This document shows, one piece after another, positions 52,991 to 64,000 of a stretch of DNA of 64,000 nucleotides. Position 1 is the stretch's first letter. Every line of letters begins with the position of its first letter. A program made the position numbers and the translations under genes. This DNA is from Eledone cirrhosa (Eukaryota), in the NCBI GenBank assembly GCA_964016885.1, contig OZ024743.1, positions 127,410,001 through 127,474,000 of the forward strand, given 5' to 3'. Below the pieces are notes generated by a model. It did no database searches. It worked only from the letters and a program-made list of their open reading frames with translations, and was not told the DNA's origin.

Positions 52991-53569
52991 TAAGAAAGTA
53001 AGTCCATAGAATCATTTGATAAAATATATACAGTATTTCTTCTCCCAATCAGCGTAATCAACCACATAAAAAATCATTTAAACGAGGCTATAAGTTTAAA
53101 ATGTACCTATGAAGAAATAATAGATAAATAAATGATCCACAGCCACAGAAGATTTACCTAGTATTTCTGATAGCTTGTAGAAATTGACTAGAGATATAGT
53201 TAACCATACATAATTAGGTACAAAATCAAAGTTAGAAGAAAAAATGTACATAAACATACCAAAATCATATCTCTACCCCCAGAGGTTTCATTCGCTTTTT
53301 GGAAATATCCGATCATGGTTAAATCAATGAGTTTCGAAATCATCAGGAGACAAACTCTATTGGACCAGGCTATCAGAAATACTAGGTAAATCTTCTGTAG
53401 CTGTGGATCGCAGATAAAAAGCTATCATTTATTTATCTATTATTTCTTCATAGGTACATTTTAAACTTATAGCCTCGTTTAAATGATTTTTTATGTGGTT
53501 GACTATGCTGATTGGGAGAAGAAATACTGTATATATTTTATCAAATGATTCTATGGACTTATTTTCTTA
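52991..53569 (-). mobile_element. Hammerhead-containing element with ~185-bp inverted repeats
   Basis: Inverted repeats 52991-53174 / 53369-53569 enclose an HHR. Confidence 0.7.
53268..53352 (-). ncRNA. Type I hammerhead ribozyme with ~50-nt stem II domain
   Basis: ugucuc-CUGAUGA-uuucg...cgaau-GAAAC-cucuggg-GUA-gagaua (run of five G in total). All three stems can form. Confidence 0.75.
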
Positions 53570-54946
53570 AATAGACAATTATTTATTTTTTGGTCTTTCA
53601 TTGATTATAATTTATTTCTATTTTTTTCTTTTATCATCATCATTATCATCGTCATCATCATTATTATAATCGTCATCATCATCATCGTCATCATTATTGT
53701 TATTATTATTAGTGGTTGTGATACTGGTGACAGTGCTGATGGCAGTGATGTTGGTGATGGTGACACTGGTGGGGGTGATTTTTGTAGAGGAGGTGGTGAT
53801 GAGGGCAATGTGGGTGGCAGCAATGGTGGTGGTGATGATAGGAATGAGAGTGATAAAAGTGATGGTAACAGTGGAGATGGTAGTGGTGGAGAAGATGGTG
53901 GTAGTTGTGGTTTTATACAAGGGTAGAGGAATCAGTAAATAAAATGATGGATTTGAGAAAAATTCTGCTATTGTTTGTTAGAAAGAGATGTTAAAATACT
54001 TCATTTTTGTATTTGTTTTGTTGCAAGATTCTTGGTGTGAAATAGTGTGTTGAATCAGATATTGTTGTATCCAGGGAGGAGCATGCGTCCGAGTTAAAAC
54101 ACATGCACCAGTTGAGTTTCAATTCAGTATAATTAATCCGGTAATTAATCTATCGGTCAGTTGGTTAATAAAAGTCCTTTTACGACAGCCTGTTTCACTT
54201 CTTCCTCAACACTTACACTATCTTTAATACCCCACCACCACCACTTCAAAAAACCTAGTTGGATTTTAATTCAGAATGCAGAGATTTGGAACAAATACTA
54301 TGAGATATTCTATCCAATGCTTTAATGAGTCTACCAATTTGCCATGGGAATAGAAAGCATAGCAATAATGGCACTGCTCCAGCTTTGCCACAGACCTTGA
54401 GCAGGAACTGGTAAAAAAAGAAAAAGTGTCTTTCATTAGAAATATGATAACTGAAGGGTTATTCATTATTAATTACCCCATCAAATGAATTCTGATATTG
54501 AAACTTCCCATATAAAAAGAAGTTAGTCCATTGCATATCTAATGCCAACCAAATTTATTAGTTCCATCTGTTCAGTTTAGCTTTTATATCTATGCCATAT
54601 TTACATATTTACCTTAATTTGTTGCTAAATAATTTATTATTGAAATTATACTCCATAACTTACCTGTTTCTTAGCCAGGTGTTTATTGTCAGAGCTGAAA
54701 TGAAACCTTGTGCAATTTGAGATATTAATAGAAACACTGCTCTCCTTGCTGTGGTTTTGTCAGAGTATATATATATATATATATAGTTTAGGTAATTCAG
54801 TGAATTACTGGTGGTGGTACCAAAACAAGCACTCAATGCACAGGCAGAGTGTATATGTATTAGAGCCAATCCTCTGTCAAATGCACATAATAGGTCAAAA
54901 CACAATAAAAATCTAATACATTTAAACAAAACTTCTTCACTTTTTC

Positions 54947-55248
<302 letters not shown>

Positions 55249-56079
55249 TTTACACTCTGTTTAACTCTACACCTCACTACATATATATACATATAACAGG
55301 TGTCTGTTCTGTGCCTTGACCCAGTGTGGTATTAAGTAGCAAGCCACTCTTGTTAGCAACGGCTATGCCTCAACTATCACGTGCTTTTTCCCAACAAGGG
55401 AAATAACTCCGGGTTTTTGGAGGGCAAATTCAAAATGTGAACAAGGGAAGCGTGTTCCCTGCACAAACCAAATGAGAAGCACTCAACGAGGTGTTATTAA
55501 ACAAACATAAATAATTAATCAATCAATGGAATTGCATAATCTAAACTATAATAAAGTAAGGAATACGAGACTGTCCAGAATATATTTTTTTATCCCGTTT
55601 GTAAAATAAGTTGGATTACTTTGAATAAATAATGAATGAATATTACACTTATCTACTAAATTTTGTTTTTCTTGATTAAATATAAATAATTTTGTCGCTT
55701 ATTTTAAGATTCACTTCTTTAATATTTTCAAATCTCAACACTTCAGGTTAGCGATCACTTAAATAAACATTCATATATTTTCATCACTAATTTTCTCCTA
55801 ATGCAGTTTATATATAATATCGTCTTTTTTTTTAATGTATCATGGATTACATTACTGATTACATAAGACAGTGTAACGCTGTCTTCATTCAATTTCTGTG
55901 TATATTGTCAATTACGATTTTATTTGATGTATCGTATTTACATGCATATAATATCAATATGCACACTACACATGCTAGCAGAAAACCACCCAAAGGGTGG
56001 TTTTTCTGCTAGTTAAATTAATTAATTAATTAATTATTAGGCCTAGACATATATATATATATATATATATATATACATT

Positions 56080-56248
56080 TTCATCATTTTACATCCGCTT
56101 TTCCCTGCTTGCAAGGGTGGGACGGGTCCTATTCAGCACAGCATCTCTCCACTTGTCACGGTCCTTCGTCATCTCCACCGTGAGCTTCAGCAATCAGAGG
56201 TCTGCTCTCACCACTTCCGCCCATGTTTTTCGTGGTCTTCCTCTACTA
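56080..56248 (-). mobile_element. RTE 3' end (same family as 49110-50015), cut by the hAT
   Basis: Reverse complement of ~49830-50000. Confidence 0.8.
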
Positions 56249-58460
56249 CAGGGGGTTCCCAACCTTTTTGTTGTTATCGCCCACTTTTCCACACACAAAA
56301 ATTCCCATCGCCCACCTGTGCAGTAATTTTAAGGATGCAAAAATAAAGCATTATTCAGAATGGTTGCTTAAAAAATGAAATATTTATTGAGATGAAATAT
56401 TGCAAAATGGGCATTAGGAGTTGAAATGTTATTCAGAAGAATGAAGTTTTTGATTGCTAAATGTTTCTCAATGAAACAAAATTGAAAAATGATATATGTA
56501 TTAAATGTTCAACAAACTCACCATGTTTAGTTTTCAGTGTGATCCTTGAGGCTGATGCAATGCAGCTAGTGCAGACACATTTGGTTGCAAACTTGTCCAT
56601 TTTAATCGCAAGTCTCCTCGTTTGGCTACATCCAGTCCACTTCTGCTCTTAGAAAGTAAAGTACCAATGTGACTGAAACCAGATTCGACCAAGTACGATG
56701 TTGGGAAGGCAAGCAAATTTAATTTCAAATGCCTCCATAGGTTGGTGTAAGAATTCAATATACTTTTATGATACCACAAGCCTTCTTTGCCATGAAGCCA
56801 ATATCGCATTGTGGCCTCATTATCATTTTGCAATTCAATTAGTTCCTCCTGAACGTCGTCCTCGCAATAGACTACTTGGACTTCAAACGGATTGCTATAC
56901 CAATTTGGAATATTCAATGTAATAACATCTTGAAATCGCTCCACCATGTCATCATGCAATGATTGTAGATAGTCACGATAGGTAACGATATCCTCGTCAA
57001 CCAATTCATCTTTCAAAGAATCCAGTTGTGGAAATTGATGCAATTGATGTTTGGAAATGTTTATTTTATACAGGACCAATTTCGAAATGAAGGTGGTGAT
57101 AAATGATTTACAGTCGACAAGAGTTTTTTTGCTTTCCTTGCAACAATTTAATCAAATCATTAAGTTTAGTGAATATATCGCTCAGAAAAAAAATATTGCG
57201 CTATGCAGCAATCAATGAAGCCGACAGAGGAGTACTTTCAAAGAAAGATATGATCACATGAAACAGTTCAACAAAGCGAACAATACAGTTGCCCTTTGAC
57301 AGCCATCGTACTTCGGTATGGTACAAAAGCCTAACAAAGTCACCATCATTATCGAGACACAGTTGACGGAAAATTCGATCAGACAAGGAATTTGATTTCA
57401 GTTTATTCATAGTTTTGATAACCAACTGCAGCGCATCATTCAACTGACCATTGATATTTTTTGCCACTAAATGTTGTCGGTGTATCACACAATGAACTGT
57501 TAAAATCTGTTGAGAAATTTCACGCTTTAGGAGAGTTGAAAAACCTCTGTATCTTCCAACCATGGAAGGAGCCCCATCAGACGCACAGGCAATAATATTG
57601 GTCAGTGGGATATGATGTTCAGAAAGGAAATGCTTAAGCATATCGAAAATAGATGTACCTTTTGAATCAAGCAGCAAGTTCTCTGTGAACAGCATTTCCT
57701 CACAAGGTTGAAGGTATTCATTGAAATATCAAACATAAACCATCATCAAACATTGGTTATCTATAACGGTTGACTCATCCACTTGTATAGAAAATTCAGA
57801 ACACTGGAGAATTTGAATGAGTTGATGTTTGATATCAGTGGCCATTTCATCTATTCGTTGAGAAATTGTATTGTTACTAAGTGGAATTTTCTTGTGTCGG
57901 ACTTCTCGTGCATTACAGTCGACAGAACTTCTTCAATGACAGGTCGAAGCAATGTTTCTTCTATAGTGTGGGACTTCTCGGTCTTTGCGACCAGTAATGC
58001 AATATTGTACGACGCAATCATACCGTCATTTTCCTGTACAGTTGCTTCCCTAAACATGGTGTTCAGTGTTTTCCGCTTTTTGAAAGAGGCCTTAAGTTGC
58101 AAAAAATATGACAACGGTTTGTCTTTTTTGTCAGAATGCTTCGAATCAAAATGATATTTCATGGCTTCATTGCTCAAAGTTTGCTGGCATAGAAGACACA
58201 TGGGTAATTGACAGTTCTGAGGAGAAGCAATAAATCCATATGATAAATAATCAATGCTCCACTGGCAACAAGTTTTCTTTACCGGAGGCATCAGGGAAGT
58301 TAAAATTCGAAAAAAGAATTCATAGAAGCGGAATCGGCGAAGGAAGAAATTCATGATGCGAGACAACAGCAGTGTTAACACGTTTTGCCATTGGTCTTGC
58401 GTCCCTGCAGGATAAAAAACAAAACCTGACAAAGGGCGGAAGAACTGATAAGAGTCAACA
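56249..58460 (-). mobile_element. Buster-type hAT transposon with decayed transposase (ZBED8/Buster3-like)
   Basis: TIR cagggggttcccaacct preceded by an nnnTAnnn site (ctctacta). BED finger CLLC...HFDSKH, ASDGAPSMVG, HCVIHRQHL, EVRWLSKG, FPTSYLVESGFS, RGDLRL. The other TIR was not found. Confidence 0.9.
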
Positions 58461-58549
58461 GCCTTCCAAAAATGTGTAAATTTGTATATACACATGTACA
58501 TATGTATGTGTATGTATATACGTGTATATATGCCTGGGGTGTCAGGGAG

Positions 58550-59100
58550 GGGCATATACCTCTGTGGGGGGGGGGGGCTAGGCTAGTCATGCCCTTTTCA
58601 GGACAGCTCATCCTGCATTGGGTCCCACCTGATAATCAGCTCTCACCCGTGGCCCCAAGAAGCTGTAGCATGTGACAGCAGCCACACCCTGGTAAACCAC
58701 CTTGGCTGGTGGGCTGAACCAGGTTGAGGGTAGCCGGACGGGTTTGAAACCCCCCGGTGAGTCAGATAGGGGATGCCTGCCCCTGCATGCGAAGACTGGA
58801 CCCGGCAGAGTGAGTGGAGGAGGACAACATCATCCCAACAGTCACGAAGGCGGCGACAGCAAGGGTGTGGAGCGCTAGGGCATGGCAAGGCACTACATAC
58901 GTCGAGGCCATCCACTGCAGCCAAGGAAGTCTCTGGTCGTGACAGTCCTCCGTACAACCGGATTCTGGCTTCTGCGGCCGAGTGAGTGGGACCGTCACTG
59001 TGCACTGGGCCTCCCACTATAAACCTTTCCCGCACTAGCGTGCACTCCCAAAGCCCTACGGCGATGGGTTACAGGTGGAGGTAACCTCTGGGAGTTGCCA
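58550..59100 (+). mobile_element. GC-rich segment resembling an RTE/BovB 5' UTR
   Basis: Abrupt GC rise. The motif gtggccccaagaagctgtagcatgtgacagcagccacacc resembles RTE/BovB 5' regions (from memory). No convincing ORF. Confidence 0.45.
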
Positions 59101-60842
59101 GTCTCAAAACAACACTATTCACAAGAACATCCCACTACTAAAACAAAACCCAAGAATGAAAAAAGCCCTTGAAACACACAAAATAATCAAAAGTAAAAGA
59201 CAACCAAAATCACTGAAAACATTGCACACCAATGCCAAATTACCTACCACAAACCCACAACCAAGTATCAAAAAATGTGGTCGCTCTAATTGTGGAACCT
59301 GCACTCACCTCATTGAACGCAACACGTATACATTTAAATCAGGACAAAATTTTACTGTAAAAAATCACTTCACTTGCTCATCAAAAAATCTAATTTATGC
59401 CATTAAATGTAAAGGATGCAATGAAGATTATATAGGACAAACTAAACTCACACTCAGAAACAGAATGACAGTTCATCGCCAACAATTACGAGATCCAACC
59501 ACGAGACAGATACCACTAAGTGCTTATCTAGACATTTGCGCAAGTAATAAGACACCCAAATTCCAAGTCTTCCCATTTTACCTTTGCGCTAACAATATAA
59601 CAGAACAAATACGAATAAATAAGGAAAATATGTTTATTTTGTGTGTTTCAAGGGCTTTTTTCATTCTTGGGTTTTGTTTTAGTAGTGGGATGTTCTTGTG
59701 AATAGTGTTGTAAGCTTCCGCATTTCTTGGGTTGTGTGTTGAGATATATGATAGAATATTGGACGTGCCTTGAATTTGTTTCTGTTTCCGTAATTCATCA
59801 ATACGAATAAATAAGGAAAATATGTTTATTCAAAAATATAGACCAGCATTAAATATGGTTTAATATACATTATGTCAACACCATAATATGACATACACAC
59901 ACACACATAACACCTTCTACTTTAGAAAATAAAAACCCGAACTAAATAAACCTTAACATACGTTTGCACTGACAATACAACAGAACAAATACGAATAAGT
60001 AAGGAAAATATGTTCATTCAAAAATATTCCTACTAAAGGAATCATTTTCCTACACACACACACACACACACACACACAATATATATATATATATATTCTC
60101 TTCATCTTAACATGCTAACCATACTCCCACACACATAACACCCATACACACACATAACAACCCCCACACCGACAATTCCCTCCCCCATTTCTACTAATAG
60201 AACCACTTTCCTACACACATATATACACACACACAAAATATATATTCTCTCCATCTTAACATACTCGCACACACACACATAACACCCATATACACACACA
60301 CAACTCCCTCCCCCATTTCTACTAATAGAATCATCTTCCAATACACACACACACACAAGCACACAAATAAACATACATATCTTTACTTCAATAGAAAATC
60401 TGAACTCTGACACCCCAGCGAACTAACCATATTCACTGAACCAGAACAATTCTCCCAATCCCATTTCTCTTGACCACTATCTTTCCCTTGTCATAACATT
60501 CTCTATAAAGGCTACAGAATAGTTTTCCAAATAAGGGTGCAAAAATGTAATGAAAACTTGTTCACGTGACAGCCAAATTTCATTTATAACCAATCAAATC
60601 ACGTTTATTAAAAAAAAGCCTTCGTGAGCCACCTTTTTTTTAAGTAAAGAAATTCAAACACACACACACACAACACACACACACGCACACATACAAGCAC
60701 ACAAATAAACATACATATCTTTACTGTCTTTATTAAATAGAAAATCTGAATTCTGACACCCCAGCGAACTAACAATATTCACTGAACCAGAACTATTCTC
60801 CCATCCCTTTCTCTTGACCATTATCTTTCACTTATCATAGAG

Positions 60843-61017
60843 GGTAGAGTATCGGTAGAGGGTCGGACGCCTTGCTTTCCAGCATAGTTACGTCCCTTTA
60901 CGATCTGAGTTCAAATCCCGCCGAGGTTGACTTTGCCTTTCATCCTTACGGGGTCGATAAAATAAAGTACCAGTAATGCACTGGGTAATTGCTGGCCTTG
61001 TGCCTAAAGTAGAAACA
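60843..61017 (+). mobile_element. SINE family A copy with 20-bp TSD
   Basis: attatctttcacttatcata at 60820-60839 and 61018-61037. Confidence 0.88.
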
Positions 61018-61298
61018 ATTATCTTTCACTTATCATAAAATTCTTTTTTCAAGTAAAAAGAAATTCAAACACTCATATATGAAAAAACAACCTGTGACAA
61101 CCCCCCCCCCCCCCCCCCCTCTTATTTGAAGAATTATTGTAACGCGAACTGGCGCGAAATCTATTATAATTATTGACAAACCAATCAAATTACTTCTCGA
61201 AAAACCTGGCATTTCGAGCCACTTTTTCCATATAAAACAAGTAACATTCAGAGACCAACCAGATGTGAGAAAAACCACAGACCCTCCATCTCAACTCA

Positions 61299-61336
61299 CC
61301 TTTTGAAAAGCAGAAGAACTGCGAAACCGGTAAAGG
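61299..61336 (+). ncRNA. Degenerate minimal type I hammerhead
   Basis: ccuu-uUGAAaA-gcag-aagaa-cugc-GAAAC-cg-GUA-aagg. Two core substitutions relative to CUGAAGA; palindromic stem III ACCGGU. Confidence 0.55.
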
Positions 61337-61467
61337 AACCAAATAAATATATATATTTTTAAAAAAAATAAGACTCCAGTTGCATTTTCGATTTCATCTC
61401 TTTTTCTTTATACTTTCACTCGTGTAGGACACCTCGGTTATTTTTCAATTTGTAAAAATAACCTCAC

Positions 61468-61972
<505 letters not shown>

Positions 61973-62502
61973 TATATATATATAAAACGAAGGAAGTGTG
62001 GTAAGGAACCAGATGGACCATAACGCACCAGAGTACTCAATACTTAGGATAGTAGTGTGGGTAATAGGAAAATGTGTTACTCCGACGGGGAGGTCACAGA
62101 TTGGTGTGACGGAAGAGCTTTGATGGAAGAATAAAGATAAAGTGAAAGTTATATGGTGCATGTGTTCAATTGTTGAAATGACAATCCCCAAATATAACAA
62201 TATCGTTTTCAACACCCGATTTCAAATCAAGATCCTTGCTGAACAAATATATATATATATATATATATATAACATTGTTTTAAATTTATCATAGCTATGA
62301 TTGGCTTTCTATTTGGGACAGACACCATGGCTTGAGGTGCACTATCCCATTCTTTTCTTTGTTTTCTTTCTTCCTTCTGTTTGTGCTGTGTTTTGTCACA
62401 CACTCTTACCAGCAGAGGGATTTGTTTTTCTGTTGCACGATCCAGCTTGTCAGAGCTAGTGAAAATATATGCTATTTTCAAAAATATACACTTGCTCTGA
62501 CA

Positions 62503-62583
62503 GTTTGGCAGGTGAACAGTGAGCTGTACTGATGAAGGGTGTTACCCAGAAACATTAGTGTCTGCAGTTCTGTTCGCATGCCA
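62503..62583 (+). ncRNA. Type I hammerhead ribozyme, copy 1
   Basis: uggcag-gugaacag-ug-agcugua-CUGAUGA-a-gggu-guu-accc-a-GAAAC-auuagu-GUC-ugcaguu-cuguucgc-a-ugcca. Confidence 0.85.
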
Positions 62584-62939
62584 ACACAAGAGCAAGAATG
62601 AAGTGTTCATTCTACTGACATGGCTATAAAATTGAGGCTTGTTTGCATACTTGCAAACGAATCGAATATTATTATTAATATTCGCAAAACTCATTACATT
62701 TATTGTAATCAGCCATGTAGAGCGAAATTTTCTTTTTTATTTGAATTTGGTAAAGCCGGCCATCTATCACTCATATACAGGAAACTCACTGGCCAGTTTG
62801 CTGATATGCAAATGTGGCTGATCAGTGGATCTGCTAATATGCAGATCTGACTGATCAGCCAGTCTGCTAATATGCAAATCAGGCTGATCAGTCACTGTGT
62901 ATTTTTGAAAATAGCATATATTTTCACTAGCTCTGACAG

Positions 62940-63019
62940 TTTGGCAGGTGAACAGTGAGCTGTACTGATGAAGGGTGATATCCAGAAACATTAGTGTCTG
63001 CAGTTCTGTTCGCATGCCA
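62940..63019 (+). ncRNA. Type I hammerhead ribozyme, copy 2
   Basis: Same fold; stem II is gggu-gau-aucc, with a G-U pair retained. Confidence 0.85.
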
Positions 63020-63239
63020 ACACAAGAGCAAGAATGAAGTGTTCATTCTACTGACATGGCTATAAAATTGAGGCTTGTTTGCATAATTGCAAACTAATCG
63101 AATGTTATTATTAATATTCTTGACTTTGCCTTTCATCCTTACGGAGTCGATAAAATAAAGTACCAGTAATGAACTGGGTAATTGCTGGCCTTGTGCCTAA
63201 AGTAGAAACAATTATTAATATTCAAAAAACTCAGATTAC

Positions 63240-63276
<37 letters not shown>

Positions 63277-63278
63277 GT

Positions 63279-63400
63279 GAAGGCGTGTGGCTGAGTGGTT
63301 AGAGAATTGGATTCACAATCTTGAGGTTGTGAGCTCGATTCCTGGAGCAGGCGATGCGTTATGTCCTTGAGCAAGACACTTTATTTCACGTTGCCCCTTC
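63279..63400 (+). mobile_element. tRNA-derived CORE-like SINE head (family B relative)
   Basis: ggcgtgtggctgagtggttagag A box, gagctcgattcc B box, then tgtccttgagcaagacacttta. Confidence 0.75.
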
Positions 63401-63904
63401 TACCTGGAGTTGCGACCGATAGTACTAGCAACTGGAATGACCAACGGAAACATTGTTTCCTCAGTCCGATTTGACGAAAGTCGATCGATCAAAAAATATA
63501 TGTATATATATAAATGAAAAAAAATTAAAAAAAATTTTTATTTTATTTTCACAAGAGCAAGAATGAGGGGCTCATTCTACTGACATGGCTTTAAAAATGA
63601 GGCTTGTTTGCATAATTGCAAACGAATCGAATGTTATTATTAATATTCGCAAAACTCATTACATTTATTGTATTTAGCCATGTAGAGCAAAATTTTTTTT
63701 TTTTTTTAATGTGGCAAAGCCGGCCATTGATCGCTCGTTTGCAAGAAACTGACTGGCCAGTCTGCTGATATGCAAATTTGGCTGATCAATGGATCTGCTA
63801 ATATATAGATCTGACTGATCAGCCAGTCTGCTAATATGCAAATCAGGCTGATCAGTCACTGTATATTTTAGAAAATATCATATATTTTCTCTAGCTCTGA
63901 CAGT

Positions 63905-63983
63905 TTGGCAAGTGAACAGTGAGCTGTACTGATGAAGGGTAATACCCAGAAACATTAGTATCTGCAGTTCTGTTTACATGCCA
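63905..63983 (+). ncRNA. Type I hammerhead ribozyme, copy 3 (AUC cleavage triplet, weakened stem III)
   Basis: Stem II gggu-aau-accc. Distal stem I gugaacag/cuguuuac still pairs. Confidence 0.75.
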
Positions 63984-64000
63984 ACACAAGAGCAAGAATG

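Larger units (their letters stand above)
59100..61440 (+). mobile_element. Penelope-like element relic (Neptune-type GIY-YIG), rearranged
   Basis: CGRSNCGTC linker, FTCSSKNLIYAIKCKGCNEDYIGQT...LRNRMTVH. Internal inversion (59637-59710 is the reverse complement of ~59109-59183). Downstream duplications and a degenerate HHR. Confidence 0.8.
62445..64000 (+). mobile_element. Tandem ~436-nt non-coding repeats, each with a type I hammerhead (non-LTR retrozyme-like array), running off the window end
   Basis: HHRs at 62521, 62957 and 63921. Short 5' inversion at 62449-62490. Interrupted by a SINE A fragment, (TA)n and a SINE B-like head at 63120-63490. Confidence 0.85.

Noticed and set aside
56534-58555. 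Domesticated ZBED/SCAND-type host gene
   Set aside because: Multiple stops and frameshifts plus a TIR indicate a decayed transposon.
58643-59035. 130-aa GC-rich ORF as a host gene
   Set aside because: It has no recognisable domain, and the region looks like a LINE 5' UTR between two transposon relics.

Overview
AT-rich, repeat-dense animal genomic DNA, most likely an octopus/coleoid cephalopod (inferred from the SINE/LINE types and the TA/CA microsatellite load). Nearly the whole window looks intronic. The one host exon I can support is 27269-27434 (+), encoding the C-terminal half of a FAM155/NALF (NALCN auxiliary factor, NLF-1/Mid1-like) cysteine-rich domain. The rest is: decayed LINEs (several RTE families, CR1, L1/Tx1, R4/Dong- and CRE-like fragments), two tRNA-derived SINE families, a mariner relic, two Buster-type hAT elements, two Penelope-like (GIY-YIG) relics and a 6.4-kb 20/23-bp minisatellite that produces the spurious 1708-aa ORF. 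The main hidden signal is non-coding RNA. Ten type I hammerhead-ribozyme (HHR) motifs from about six sequence families can be folded by eye: eight with an intact or near-intact core and two degenerate. They lie in ~440-490-nt tandem, circularly permuted or inverted units next to (TA)n tracts, resembling non-LTR retrozymes or Penelope pseudo-LTRs, and several carry unusually large (50-105 nt) stem II domains. All folds and family assignments are manual and need computational and biochemical confirmation.
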